A DNA stretch of 64,000 bases from Blepharisma stoltei ATCC 30299 (Eukaryota > Protista > Ciliophora), in NCBI GenBank assembly GCA_965603825.1, contig CBFDEM010000038.1:62001-126000 (forward strand), read 5' to 3'. Positions 9,472 through 20,547 of this stretch are shown here, piece by piece; the stretch's first letter is position 1, and each line of letters begins with the position of its first letter. The notes below the pieces were generated by a model. The model was not told the DNA's origin and ran no database searches. It saw only the letters and a list, made by a program, of their open reading frames with translations. Made by a program: the position numbers and the translations under genes.

Positions 9472-12213
9472 ATGGAATCTAAGTTTATTTTTCTGAAGCT
9501 CCAAGAAGCCGATATATGGAGTGGCAGCCAAGAAATCTCGTGCAGAGTCAGCATAGAAGGCCAAATTGCGTCACTTACACTTGATAGCACAGTGCAGCTG
9601 CCTCTGTCTCATTTCAGCTCTGACATCCAAATGCATCTTCTCGTTCAAACTGAGAATATAGCACTTGGGTCAGTTACTTTGTCTTTAGAGCAGGTCTTTG
9701 GCCCTGACCTGGCACAGAAAATGGATGAGTGGTTTGAGTTCGAAATCCCAGGAGAAGTTGTCGCATTGGTTGAATCGTCAGATTCCCAAGGAAAGGTATT
9801 GAGGGTAAGGATTGTAGGAGTGATCACTGGGAGCCAGGATTTCGAGTTTTCAGGATCAGAAGTGAAAGAAGAAGTCCCTGAGGCTGGGAAAAAGTCAGAA
9901 GCTGGAGGAGAAGATGAAGCAAAAGGGCAAACGTACATTGAGTATGTGGAAGCAAAAGATATTGTCCAGGAATACCCTGAGGTTATAGAAGAAAATGAAG
10001 GGATAAGCCAACAAAAGGAGGAAAGTGTTGATAAAGAAGAGGAGAACAAGAATGAAACTGAGGAGAAAGTTGAAGCTCAAGAAGAGGCAGCAGTTATTGA
10101 GGAAGTTAAAGAAAGCCCTCAAATTGAAGAAGCTAAACCAGCGGAAGAGCCAACTGAGAGCAAGCCAGAAGTCATTGATATTAAACCACCTGAAGAAATA
10201 AAAGAAAGGCCTGACAGAGTTCGTCCCCAGCCACTGCCAATTTCAGGACCCATAAAAAGCGGCAAATGTTCATATCTCGACAACATAAAAGGAGCAGACC
10301 ACCACCAAAAATTCACCCAGCATATCCTCGACAAGCTTAAGGACGAAATGGGCCAGTCATTTCTAAAACTTGTAGAAGACGCTACAAGGTCAAGATCAAG
10401 AAGCCCCACAAGGACAGGAACGAGATCTCCTTCAAAGAAACTCACAGCCAGATCTCCAACCAAAATTTCAGGGGGCAGCTTTTCAGCAGCTTCAAAAGAG
10501 GAAGAAGAATTTCTTGAAATCGCTGGAAACTCTGACGTTTTCCTAGAAAAACTTTCACTCAAAACAAAAAATGCCTTTGTAGCTTCCGTTGTAGGTCTTC
10601 TGGCAAAGAAATCAATCTATGAAATTCAGGCAAATGAGACCAATCCAGCCAGAGATATCATAGAAATCCATGAAAAAGCATCAGAAATTCTGGAATCCTC
10701 AGCAGTCGAAACTAAAGAAGAGATAGATAAAGAGTTTAATGATTACCAAGAAACAATGACGGAGCTTACAGAAGAAATTAAAAGATATGAAGAATCGCTG
10801 CAAGGGCTCAGAAAAAAGAATGAAATGCTGGGCCACGAAAAAGTGTCAGTCTCACAGCAGTTAAATAGCTTGAAATCGCAAATTGTGGAGCATAGCCCTG
10901 AGTCAGAAGTTTCGCAGCTAATCGAAGATATTCAGGATCTTAGAAAAGCATTTGAAAACTCCCAATCTAAGAGGAATAAAGTAAAAAATGAGTTTGAAGA
11001 GTACGTTGAAGACTATAATAAGCGCATCGACTCATTGATTATTGAAAATTTGAGATCTACAGAAACTAAATCATCTCTCCTCGATGAACTAAAAGCAAAA
11101 ACCCATCAGCTTGAAACCCTTGATCAAGAAAACGATCACTTACTCAAAGAAATCCAACTTCTTGAAGGTCAAATTGACGTGGAATCCAAACAAAAGACCA
11201 CTCTTTCAACCTTCCAAAAAGCATCAAAAACGCATGAGCTTGCCTTAGACAGAATCAAATCCCAAGTCGTGTCAATCCGAAGCAGCAAGGACAACTACTC
11301 AACTGATGCCTTTTCGCTTCAGCAGCAGCTTGAATCAGACATCAAAAAGTACAAAAATCTCCACATCTCCACACAATCTGACATTCAAGCCAAAACAGAG
11401 ATCGCCAATGAGCTCAAAAACAAGCTGAAAAACCTAAAAGACTACATTAAGCAGCTTGAAGAAATTTTTGCGAAAAAACAAAATATTGACCATGTGTTCG
11501 AAATAGTCCAATCCAAAGGTGGCCATGACTTTGAAACAAAAGACATGCTGGTGTCTGAGCTGTCCTATTTCTCAGATTTCGTGTTTTCCCTCACCCAGCT
11601 TTATCTTAAAGAGCATAGAATCTATAAAAGCTTAAGCGCAGTTTTTGAAGAAAAAGAATATGACCTTAACGCTATGAGAAGAGTTGTAGCTGAGGTAAAA
11701 ATGCAGAACCCAGTTTATTTCCCTGTGAATAATGATAATATTGACCAAGCTTTGGCTGCTTATTTAAATTCAAGGGACGAAGTCGTGCCTGTGCCTTTTA
11801 TAAGAGAAGCTGCAGGAGTCTATTTATTTGGATCACGAAGAGTTTTGGTCAGTTTTGAAAGAGGAAAACTTACGGTTAAGGTTGGAGGAGGATTCCTGCC
11901 GATTGACGATTTTGTAGAATGCTACTGTGACGCAGAATTTGAAAAGCTGAACAGCAAGCCAGAAGAAAAAAGCCCAAGGATGAAGAAGTTCATGGCAAAG
12001 TGGGTAGGGGGCCTGATAGACTATAAAGAAAACGACGATGACGCAATGAAGCTAAGACTAATAAAAGCAGTACAAGGTCATAAGTATTCCACTGCATATG
12101 CTGTTAAAGATAAGTCCAAATCAAGAAGCAGAAGCCAGTCGCCTGCCAAGCTGATCTCTGATGAAATTATAGCAGCCTCAATAGATGAAGAAGTCCAAGT
12201 AGAAAACTCATAA
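9472..12213 (+). CDS. Coiled-coil cytoskeletal protein with C2-like N-terminus and C-terminal GAS2/GAR-like domain
   Basis: 913-aa ORF. VPFIREAAGVYLFGSRRV...LTVKVGGGFLPIDDFV matches the GAR consensus (G.Y.FG...vRVGGGw..l..f). Confidence 0.85.
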   Translation: MESKFIFLKLQEADIWSGSQEISCRVSIEGQIASLTLDSTVQLPLSHFSSDIQMHLLVQTENIALGSVTLSLEQVFGPDLAQKMDEWFEFEIPGEVVALVESSDSQGKVLRVRIVGVITGSQDFEFSGSEVKEEVPEAGKKSEAGGEDEAKGQTYIEYVEAKDIVQEYPEVIEENEGISQQKEESVDKEEENKNETEEKVEAQEEAAVIEEVKESPQIEEAKPAEEPTESKPEVIDIKPPEEIKERPDRVRPQPLPISGPIKSGKCSYLDNIKGADHHQKFTQHILDKLKDEMGQSFLKLVEDATRSRSRSPTRTGTRSPSKKLTARSPTKISGGSFSAASKEEEEFLEIAGNSDVFLEKLSLKTKNAFVASVVGLLAKKSIYEIQANETNPARDIIEIHEKASEILESSAVETKEEIDKEFNDYQETMTELTEEIKRYEESLQGLRKKNEMLGHEKVSVSQQLNSLKSQIVEHSPESEVSQLIEDIQDLRKAFENSQSKRNKVKNEFEEYVEDYNKRIDSLIIENLRSTETKSSLLDELKAKTHQLETLDQENDHLLKEIQLLEGQIDVESKQKTTLSTFQKASKTHELALDRIKSQVVSIRSSKDNYSTDAFSLQQQLESDIKKYKNLHISTQSDIQAKTEIANELKNKLKNLKDYIKQLEEIFAKKQNIDHVFEIVQSKGGHDFETKDMLVSELSYFSDFVFSLTQLYLKEHRIYKSLSAVFEEKEYDLNAMRRVVAEVKMQNPVYFPVNNDNIDQALAAYLNSRDEVVPVPFIREAAGVYLFGSRRVLVSFERGKLTVKVGGGFLPIDDFVECYCDAEFEKLNSKPEEKSPRMKKFMAKWVGGLIDYKENDDDAMKLRLIKAVQGHKYSTAYAVKDKSKSRSRSQSPAKLISDEIIAASIDEEVQVENS

Positions 12214-12254
12214 TATTTAATCCTTAATATATATTTATTTAAATTACTTGCCAT

Positions 12255-13637
12255 ATGGAACCAGCAATAGATCAAAACCTCAAGCTCTCAGATTTGTCTT
12301 TTAATATATTGGGCATTATATTAGAGTTTTTGAATTACAGAGAAATTTGTGTGCTCGGCGCGACTTCTAAGCGTTTGAAATTGGCATCAGAGATGGATGT
12401 TATTTGAAGCCAAAGTCTTGACACAGGGGATTCTGGAAAAGAAAAGAAAAGGATTTTTCTTTCGAGAGGGAACATAACCCAAAACATATTCAATGGATCT
12501 TATCAGACATATCTTTTTGAAGGACATTCCAAAACGATAACTAGGATTACGACTAAAGAAAATTTCATTTTAAGTGCGTCTGCTGATGGTAGTGCTAGAG
12601 TGTGGGATACGACTAAAATGGCATCAAGAGTTTTGGCTGGTCATTCAGATGCAGTTATTTCTGCGAAGTTTTGTGGAGAGAAAATTGTGACTGCATCTAC
12701 AGATAAAACTGTGAGAATTTGGACAGAAGATCAGGAACCAAAAATACTTAGAGGCCATCTGCAAGGAATTTCTGCACTGCAAAAAATCGACGAAGATAGA
12801 GTGATTACTGGGTCATATGACAAAACTGTAAAAATTTGGAACGTAAATAAAGGGAAATGTGTAGATTCATATAACGACCATTCTACTGCAGTGTATAAGA
12901 TTTTCACTGAAGACAATCTTTTTGCTTCCTGTGCTCACCAAGACAGCAAAGCTTATGTCAGAGATATGGCTCGTGGAGAACTAGTTCAGGTCTTTGGCGC
13001 GTAATTTCTATATAGAAAAACTCAGCCTCAAGCCCAAAGATGGGGTCCTCCTCAAAACGAAATCAGGTCTCTCTACCTCTCTGCCCCTCTATTTTTTACA
13101 GGCGAAATCAACAAAATCCGTATATGAGACATGAGATCCCCAGTTCAGGCTGGAGAAACTCAAGTAACTACCCCTCTAAAGAACATGAGCATAAAAGAGG
13201 AAAATACGAACGGTATCTTTAAAATGATTTACTCTCAGTTCTCCAACCTTATGCTTGTAGGCTGTATGGGACTTTTAGGCCTATTCGCATTTGATATGCG
13301 GTCATATAAAAAGAGCTTCTACGTTCCCTCCCACGATTACCCCATTTTAGCTTTTGACTCCGGAGAAAGAGTACTGAATAACATTGCAGTCACCTCAGGA
13401 ACGACCACTAATTATAGATATGAGCTCTCAGTCCACGACTTATCAAGCCCTCAAGAAGTCTGCACCAAGTTTGTCCCAGGCCATAAAGCTGTAATCACAT
13501 CTATTTGTGTAGGCGAAGACATCATTGTCAGTGGCTCTAAGAACGGAAGTTTGCGAGGACTCTGCTTCAGAAGAAACAGAGATGCGCTCAGAAGAGCGAA
13601 TTCTGGGAACAGTTTCAGAATTAGAAGTGCTAATTAA
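12255..13637 (+). CDS. F-box/WD40 protein; join(12255..13000,13016..13637)
   Basis: N-terminal LSDLSFNILGIILEFLNYREIC...SKRL...DVIW(TGA) F-box. Several GH...WD repeats. IW(TGA)DMR at 13125. Confidence 0.88.
13001..13015 (+). other. 15-nt intron GTAATTTCTATATAG
   Basis: Phase-2 intron with an in-frame TAA. Removal links the WD repeats to ORF 13131. Confidence 0.9.
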
Positions 13638-13642
13638 TTTAT

Positions 13643-14323
13643 TTATAAGCAAATAGGCTTTTGTAAAGATTTTGGTAAGTGAGATACATCAAATTCTTTG
13701 ATAATTGCGAATTCGTCGTCTTTGAGATAGGCTGCTGAAATTAATGTGTAGTTGGAATGGAAATTGGAGACGTCCCCTCCCATTATTCTGGTCATTATTT
13801 TTAAAGGCAAATTGTGGGTTACAATTATAATGACATTTTCGGTGATACTTTTGAGGTATTGAGGGAAGACTGAGCCAATCCTTGCTTCAGACTCTTCTTC
13901 AGTTTCTGTGTATTTGGGCCTTATGATGTGGCTGTTTTCTATTAGTGTGATATGGCCTAATTTTTCTTGTATCATTTCTGGGTCGTTTTTTAGATGTAAG
14001 TTATCAAAAGGGTTATAGTTCCAGTAAGGAATTTGGTAGCATTCTCCAAAACCTTCTTCAATGTAAATAGGCAGGCTAAGAGGAGTAGCAAGCTTAGAAG
14101 CAGTTTCTAGGCATCGGATAAGTGGAGAGCTGACAAGGTGGATTGAGCAGTTTTCTGGGATAAGTTTAATAATAGCTTCTGCTGCTAATTCAGATTGGTC
14201 TAGTCCAATTCTTGTCAAAGGTGCGTCGCTATCACAAGAGAACTCAACTCGTCGAGGAACTGGTGCTTCATCAGCTCTTTCGCCATGTCTGAGCAAAATA
14301 ATGAGCCTTTTCCCTTCTTCCAT
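13643..14323 (-). CDS. Histidine phosphatase (phosphoglycerate mutase-like) family protein
   Basis: LLRHGERAD, DAPLT..G..Q, SSPLIRCLETA and IIVTH motifs. Confidence 0.9.
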   Translation of the reverse strand: MEEGKRLIILLRHGERADEAPVPRRVEFSCDSDAPLTRIGLDQSELAAEAIIKLIPENCSIHLVSSPLIRCLETASKLATPLSLPIYIEEGFGECYQIPYWNYNPFDNLHLKNDPEMIQEKLGHITLIENSHIIRPKYTETEEESEARIGSVFPQYLKSITENVIIIVTHNLPLKIMTRIMGGDVSNFHSNYTLISAAYLKDDEFAIIKEFDVSHLPKSLQKPICL

Positions 14324-14398
14324 ATCAGCAGTTACCAGATTATTAAAAAAATGGAAAAATTAATATCAACAGATTACAGACTATAAATATTTATGAAA

Positions 14399-15964
14399 TT
14401 AAAGCTCTTTGAAGTCTGATCTGGAATCCATTTCTCTTTCCTTTGACTCTGTAAAACTATCAATTATTGGCTCTGGTTGAATGGGTGAAGGCGCAAGAGT
14501 GTAGTTTATCAGCAAGTCTAGATTTTCAAGCTGGTTTTTGACCTCAGCAGATTTAATATATGAGTAATCATTTTTTACTGAAGGCTTGGAAAGCTGATAT
14601 CCTGACATGTTCCTTTTGACTGAGACTGGAGCTGAGCTGTTTTGAAAAGGAATAAATTCACTATTCGAGCTGATGTGATAGGAGTTTGAAGGCGCAAAAT
14701 TGGGCTTGGTTTCAAGAATTGGCTGGCTGTAGTAGTAAGGCCTGAAAGCTTGAGCTATAGAGAACTGATTTTTCTGGGCTGTTACTAATGATCTTTGTCG
14801 GAGCTCTTCTTTCAGTTTGTCTAGCTCATTTAAAGCGTCCATTCTTTCTACGTTTGATCTACTGGCTTCACTCTTCAATTTCTCTATAATATCTTTTAGA
14901 GCGGAATGCTGCCCCACAAGTTCTCCTCTCGATTGCCATACATCAAGCTCTCTTTGTCTTGGTCTGGGCTCATTATTAATTTCCTTTGGCGGATTTGGCT
15001 GCGTCACTACTGGCTGAGTGGTTTCAGGTTTCTTAGCATCTTGAAATACGACTTGAGACGTGCGCTCAGTTTTGTCAGAAGGAGTCGCTACTTCTCCTCT
15101 TTCATATTTTATCTCATGCCTGAATTTCTTTTCCAATTCTTTTTGTTCCCTCATAATTTTGGCTTCTTCAATTCTTTCTTCTAACAATTTCCTCGCTTTA
15201 TCTTCTTCAGTCTTCTTTTTCTTTTCTATCATTTGATCATTTAGTGCTTTTCTTCAGTCATCTTTTAAGGTTTCTCTTTTGTCTTGATACATGCTGCTTT
15301 CGTATTGTTTTTCAAATTTTATTGTTCCTGCAGGATCTCCTTTGTTGTTTGTAAATCCTGCTGGTCTTTTAGTCACAATTCGTCCTTGGCTGTCTCTCAT
15401 GGGTGCTCCAGCGCCTGGTCTCCCAAAAGGAAAATATTCTTCTGATGACTCTTGTTTGGCTTCAGGCTTTTTTGAAGTCTGATATTGGCTTGGTTGTGAG
15501 AAATTTTGATAGGGAATGCTTGCATTTTGGTATTGCATCCCTTCTAAAGAGTAACCGTTAGGCTGATAACCTGAGTCTTGGGATCCAAACTGCTTTGGAA
15601 ACTGATTTTCATCCCTTCTGAAAGCTGTAGATTCTTGGACAGGGTATGGCCTTGCTTCTCTATTTTGGGTATTCGGCATGTATGAATCTTCTTTTTCCAA
15701 GATTCTTCCTCGTCTACTGATTTTTTCTCTTTCCTGCGATGCTTTTTGTATTTCTTTTCGATAATCGTCTGCCAGCTGAGCTCTTCGCGAATCATATTCA
15801 CCTCTTGGGTTTGTAAAAAAATTGGATGGTTCGTCATTCTGCTGCTGAGCCTTGGAGTAAGGGCCTTGAGAAGCGTATTGGTCTGGCCGAGATTGTGAAT
15901 TAACTGGATTATTTGACCTGCTTAGATATCTTGCTACTGGTTCAAGTGAATATAATAAACTCAT
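14399..15964 (-). CDS. CSPP1/CCDC66-like centrosomal or ciliary protein
   Basis: Two ORFs join via TGA at 15254-15256 (DDWRKALNDQMIEKKK). The FPFGRPGAGAPMRD motif resembles the CSPP1/CCDC66 PwG..GgGAPlrD motif. Confidence 0.7.
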
Positions 15965-16099
15965 ACTTTTTTTGAAATAATGCTAGGGATTTAAAAATCC
16001 TTAATAAAACTCATTCCACAAAAAATCATGAATAATGCTCAATTGAATATTCGCCAATTAATTGCAAATCTAAAGCAGCTTCAACTTAGATAAGAATAA

Positions 16100-17692
16100 A
16101 TGGCAAAAGCTGAGCCAAGTGTTGACTGACTCTACGACTATATCTTACAATTCCTAAAATCCCCAGGATGGAGAATCCCCATTGTTTCATTCATGGACGA
16201 AAACTGCGCAGCTTTTGATTCTGAAGACGAGAACAAGCTTGTCTACACAGAAATCCACGATGTATTTTTCACATAGAAATTTAAAGAACTGATCGACAGC
16301 CTCCTCGAAAACCTCTGCAGAGAAATCGGCGTCACCCCTCAGCAATTTGTAAACGTTTGCGGAATTGGCATGAAATCGCCAGCCCATAGAAGAATCTTTG
16401 AGCAAATAATTGCATGCGATAACTTCATGAGCTTCAAAAAACTCATGCTCAAGAGGAATAAGGAAATTGAAATGGAGGTTGCCAAGCTTATGTCAAAACC
16501 TGAATCTCCTACACCTGCAGGAGCAGAAAAAGAAGTAAAAGAGCAGGCTGAAATGGCCCAGGCGATCACTTTAAGTCTGGCTGCTGAAGAGGAAAGGAAG
16601 AGGAAGCTGGATCGTGAAGAAGAAGAGCTCCAAAGGGTGTTAAGGCTCAGCGAAGAAGAGTTTAAGAGGAAACAAGAGCAAGAAGCTCAACGACTGGCTG
16701 CCTTGAAAAGGTTGGAAGATGAAAAAGCTGGAAAAATGAAGCAGGCTGAAGAAGAAAAAGCTGCAAAAGTGAAGCAGGCTGAAGAAGAAAAAGCTGCAAA
16801 AGTGAAGCAGGCTGAAGAAGAAAAAGTCGTCAAATCTAAGCATTTCGAAGAAGAAAAAGCTCACAAGGTAGAGAGTGAGCATATAAGACCAGAAGAAGAA
16901 AAGAAAGGAGAAGTTGAGGCTGCAAGTCCTGAAGGAAGCAAAAAATCAGCCAAAGGGTTAAAAGATGACAAGAAAAGAGTAATGGAAGAGATGAAACAGA
17001 AAGAACTTGAAAAGAAACTGCAATTAGAAAGAGAAGAAAAAGAAAGAGAACAAGAATCAATCAGGAAAAAGCAGAAACAAGAAGAAGAACGCCTAAGAGC
17101 AGTCAACGAAGCTGCAGAAAGAGAAATCCAAGAGCAACTCAGAGAGCAGGAAGAAGCCAACAAACTCAAAATCCAACGAGAACTAGAGCTGCAAGAAAAG
17201 AAAGTAAAAGAAATGCAAGAATTCATGAGCCGCTCCTCTGATAAGAAGCAAGAAGAAAGAAAGGAGCATTCTCCTGAAGACAAGAACCACCCTGACCTCA
17301 GACCCATCCAAAAACGCAAGCAAGGCCCAGTATGTTTTATATAGGCAAATGCTTTGGATTTCCTCAATGAAAATCCAAGAGAAAAGACTGACGAGCTCGA
17401 AGAAGAAGCCCAAGAGATAGCCAAGAAGTCTAGCAATGCTGATTACTCTAATGAACCCACTGGAGTAGAAACGCTGGCCCAACGTCAAGCAAGACTTAAA
17501 AGGCAAAGAGACGAACTTCTAGCACGTAAAAAGCAGGAAAGAGAGCATGAGATGAAGCAGCATGTAGCCAACGGAGGTTCTGATTTTAGCGTCAGAAAAG
17601 ATGTGTCTCATCTACCTCCAATTATCACCCAAGAAGAAATTGAAAAGAGAAGAAATATATATTCAAAGATTAAACAGGAAGAGCCATTATAA
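16100..17692 (+). CDS. CFAP36: CFAP36/CCDC104-like protein (BART domain plus charged coiled coil); join(16100..16261,16277..17329,17345..17692)
   Basis: FLKSPGWRIPIVSFMDENC..FDSEDENKLVYTEIH..FKELID..LE and IIACDNFMSFKKLMLKRNKEIE are BART-domain motifs. Confidence 0.85.
16262..16276 (+). other. 15-nt intron GTATTTTTCACATAG
   Basis: Removal restores YTEIHDKFKELID. Confidence 0.92.
16721..16860 (+). repeat. 33-bp coding tandem repeat (EKAAKVKQAEE), about 4 degenerate units
   Basis: Two identical units at 16754-16786 and 16787-16819, flanked by diverged units. Confidence 0.9.
17330..17344 (+). other. 15-nt intron GTATGTTTTATATAG
   Basis: GT..TAG with A10. Joins ORF 16370 to ORF 17354 in frame. 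Confidence 0.88.
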
Positions 17693-17714
17693 AGTATTTT
17701 AATTTTATCAGTGC

Positions 17715-19265
17715 TTAATCAAAATTAAACGGAGCGTCTTCGATCATGTTCAAGAATTTTGTAACGTCATTTTGCTCAATTTCAAAGTAGGTCTCGATAA
17801 TTGATTTTGACTTAGTATAAATTTTTTCCAGCTTATGTGACTGCAAATTTTCAAGAACTGTGAGTCCTCCACATCCATCAACTTGCATGGCATAACAATT
17901 TACTTTAGACCCATTTTTCTCATGGGTGCTGCCACATTTCAATATGTTTTCAATAGCAAGGAGGCTTATATAGATCGGCTTACTGCTATTGCAGGACAGC
18001 ATATTGCAAAGTGCAGGGATCACCCCTAAATTAACAAGTTCATTAATTTGTGAAGCAGAAGCTTTAGAAATTGTATTGCTTATTGCTCACAAAGCTTCTT
18101 CTTGGACTCCTAATGAGTCTCTATTTAAAATTTGGATTATTCCTTTAAAAATACCCAGCTTAAACAAAATCTCAAGCTGTGCCTCAGTTCCCACGCATAG
18201 GTTAGACAAGCTCCATACAGCCTCTTTTCTGATACTTTTTCGGTTACTTTTCAATTCTTTTGCTAGCAGAATAGGCGCTTGGCTGTTAAGAATAAACTCA
18301 GTTTGTGGGTCTGGCCCTGCAGAAATATTCCCAACAATCCTAATCGCAGGCAATTGCAGTTCGGACTCTTTGTCATTAATAAACTCAAAAATTCTGCTTG
18401 TAGCTCCTAAATCAATTAGTTTTTGGCCTGCGTCAACAGACTCTTCTGAAAGAATGGCGAATGCCCATAAGCAATTGCTGAGTGTTTCTATGTCACTGAA
18501 AGTTTGGAATACTTTAAATAGCGCTGGGATCGCAGGACATAAAATTGAATATTCAGGCAAGGGCTTAGTTCTACATATATTACTGAGTGCTCAGGTCGCA
18601 TTTTTAATTAAGCTTTCTTTTTGTGAAGTCAAAATACTATCAACCAATAAGCTTAAGCCTGAATACTGCAATACGATATTTCTTGTAGTTTCTGAGTCTG
18701 CACAGATATTTCCTATACATCAGATCGCTTGTTCTCTTAATTCATCAATAGGAGAGTTCATCAAAGCTATCATTTTCTCTATTATCCCTTTTTCTACTAA
18801 TGCTGCAGTTCATTTAGGCTCCCCTGATGCAATATTAGTAAAAATTCATGATGCCTCATATTGCAGCTGGGGAAAATCATACCTATCTAGCCAACTCAGC
18901 ACAACTGAAAGCACCCCAGTATCCACAATACTCTGAATTTGCTGACCTTCATGGCTCATTATCTTTCTCAATCCCTGTGCAACATATAAATATTGCCCTT
19001 CATCTTGTGAATTCACAACGTCCAAAAATTGAGGCAAGTCTTCTAATGTATAATCTTGTTTATAATGTGAATTTACCTCAATCCATGACTTCTCTCTGAT
19101 TTCAATATTCCGCTTTTTTGTGGCTTCCTCAATGCGCTTTGATCTTCGTAACTCCACAGAATGCGAGTCATGTAGACTTTTTACTTGGGAAGGGTCGAAT
19201 GGCCTCATGAACTCTTTAGACCGGTCCTTTGGAGATTTGCTGTAGATTTCTGATTCTTCGGCCAT
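17715..19265 (-). CDS. KPNA: Importin alpha (IBB plus armadillo repeats)
   Basis: VELRRSKR...KKRN IBB domain; LQYEASW(TGA)IFTNIASG, EQAIW(TGA)CIGNI, IRKEAVWSLSNL. All fragments are in one frame. Confidence 0.92.
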
Positions 19266-19324
19266 ATCTTTATTCTTAAAGAGAATTTAAATAGAATAGA
19301 AAACCAATATGCATTAATAAGCAA

Positions 19325-20152
19325 ATGAGAAGAAGTAGGGAGTGCAATGGAGTTTCTGAAGACGCGCCAACGTTTCTTAAAACAAGATATGGAGAAATTG
19401 TTAAACAAAGAAAGCCTAACACAGGAATACATATACAGGCCAAGCTTAAATTTGGGGTCAGCTCAGATTCTCCGCCGTTGTTCCAGCTGCCAAATGTCCT
19501 GGTTAGTACAAGACAGTCTAACCTATCGCCTCCTAGGTCAAAGAGCATTGAGCCGTTTTTACCTCATCAAGGGACTATCCATAGCAAAGATCAAGACTTT
19601 GATAGTGTAAAATTTTCGGTTAAAAAGGACGTGATTCTTGGTATCAAGGACAAGGTTCGATATCAGTCAGTTTTCCATCAAAATTTCTTACAGAGAATTT
19701 ATCAGAGAAAAGGGTTTTACAAAAGCAAAGGAGAAATAACAGGAAACAATAAAATCCCAAAAATAGAAAGGAAAGGAAAAAGTGATCTTTCTATACTACA
19801 GTCGTCTAAACTTGTCCAGACTGCAATCAGCAGATATAGTTCAAGACAAAGCAGGTTTACCTCAACAAAGCATTCATCGGTTGACCCTGATAACTCGCTT
19901 ATGAGAGACTATGAATCAGATTTTTCTCTTGCAAGGACTCCTTTTTCAACAAGATATGGCAAGCTAAATCCAAAATCTCTGTCTAGATGTGAAGCAAACC
20001 TGCCTAAGCTAGCTGAAAAACTAGAGCAGCTAGAACAAAGCATTAGTATAGAAGATTTTGAGCAGAGGCTAACCCACTATCCTTCTCCTAAAAAGAGAAA
20101 TCTGCATGAGTATTATAAAACCGCAGAACCTCTCCAAAAAAATGATGCATAA
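19325..20152 (+). CDS. Hypothetical basic, Ser-rich protein, 275 aa
   Basis: Uninterrupted ATG..TAA ORF divergent from importin alpha. No domain recognised. Confidence 0.7.
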   Translation: MRRSRECNGVSEDAPTFLKTRYGEIVKQRKPNTGIHIQAKLKFGVSSDSPPLFQLPNVLVSTRQSNLSPPRSKSIEPFLPHQGTIHSKDQDFDSVKFSVKKDVILGIKDKVRYQSVFHQNFLQRIYQRKGFYKSKGEITGNNKIPKIERKGKSDLSILQSSKLVQTAISRYSSRQSRFTSTKHSSVDPDNSLMRDYESDFSLARTPFSTRYGKLNPKSLSRCEANLPKLAEKLEQLEQSISIEDFEQRLTHYPSPKKRNLHEYYKTAEPLQKNDA

Positions 20153-20336
20153 ATAGTTATAAATATCAATATTTTCCATAAAATAATTCTACACCAATTA
20201 TCATGCATGGTTTTCTGAGCTGATATATATAAAAAGATGTTCTGATTTTCCTTTATTTGCCTTAAACTCCTGCATTTATTGACCTAAAAGCTTAATTTAT
20301 TCCACTTAAAACACTAATTTAATTATATCATTAATC

Positions 20337-20450
20337 TTAGCTAAACTTGATAACTTTAAGGTTTGCATAGCTCATGTACATTAAAGGCACCACCACTCCA
20401 GCGACCATAATAGCGCAGCCCACGAAATACATCATATAGTCCAGTTCCAT
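20337..20450 (-). CDS. 37-aa single-pass microprotein MELDYMMYFVGCAIMVAGVVVPLMYMSYANLKVIKFS, possibly OST4-like
   Basis: A GC-richer island in AT-rich intergenic DNA coincides with an ATG..TAA ORF encoding one TM helix and a basic tail. Confidence 0.65.
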   Translation of the reverse strand: MELDYMMYFVGCAIMVAGVVVPLMYMSYANLKVIKFS

Positions 20451-20547
20451 TCCGCAGAATTAATTTTTATTAAAATGATAATTTATAAACAAATTAAAAT
20501 AAATATTTAAAATATTTCGTAAAGTAGCAAGTTGACTTTACTGAGGT

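Noticed and set aside
16721-16860. CRISPR-like periodic repeat
   Set aside because: Contiguous in-frame coding repeat with no spacers and no cas genes.
17989-18936. Long antisense ORFs (also 9645..10049, 10119..10562, 16861..17436, 39914..40546, 46276..46656 and similar)
   Set aside because: These are shadows of real genes on the opposite strand or in another frame, with no recognisable domains. TTG/GTG starts in the track are artefacts.
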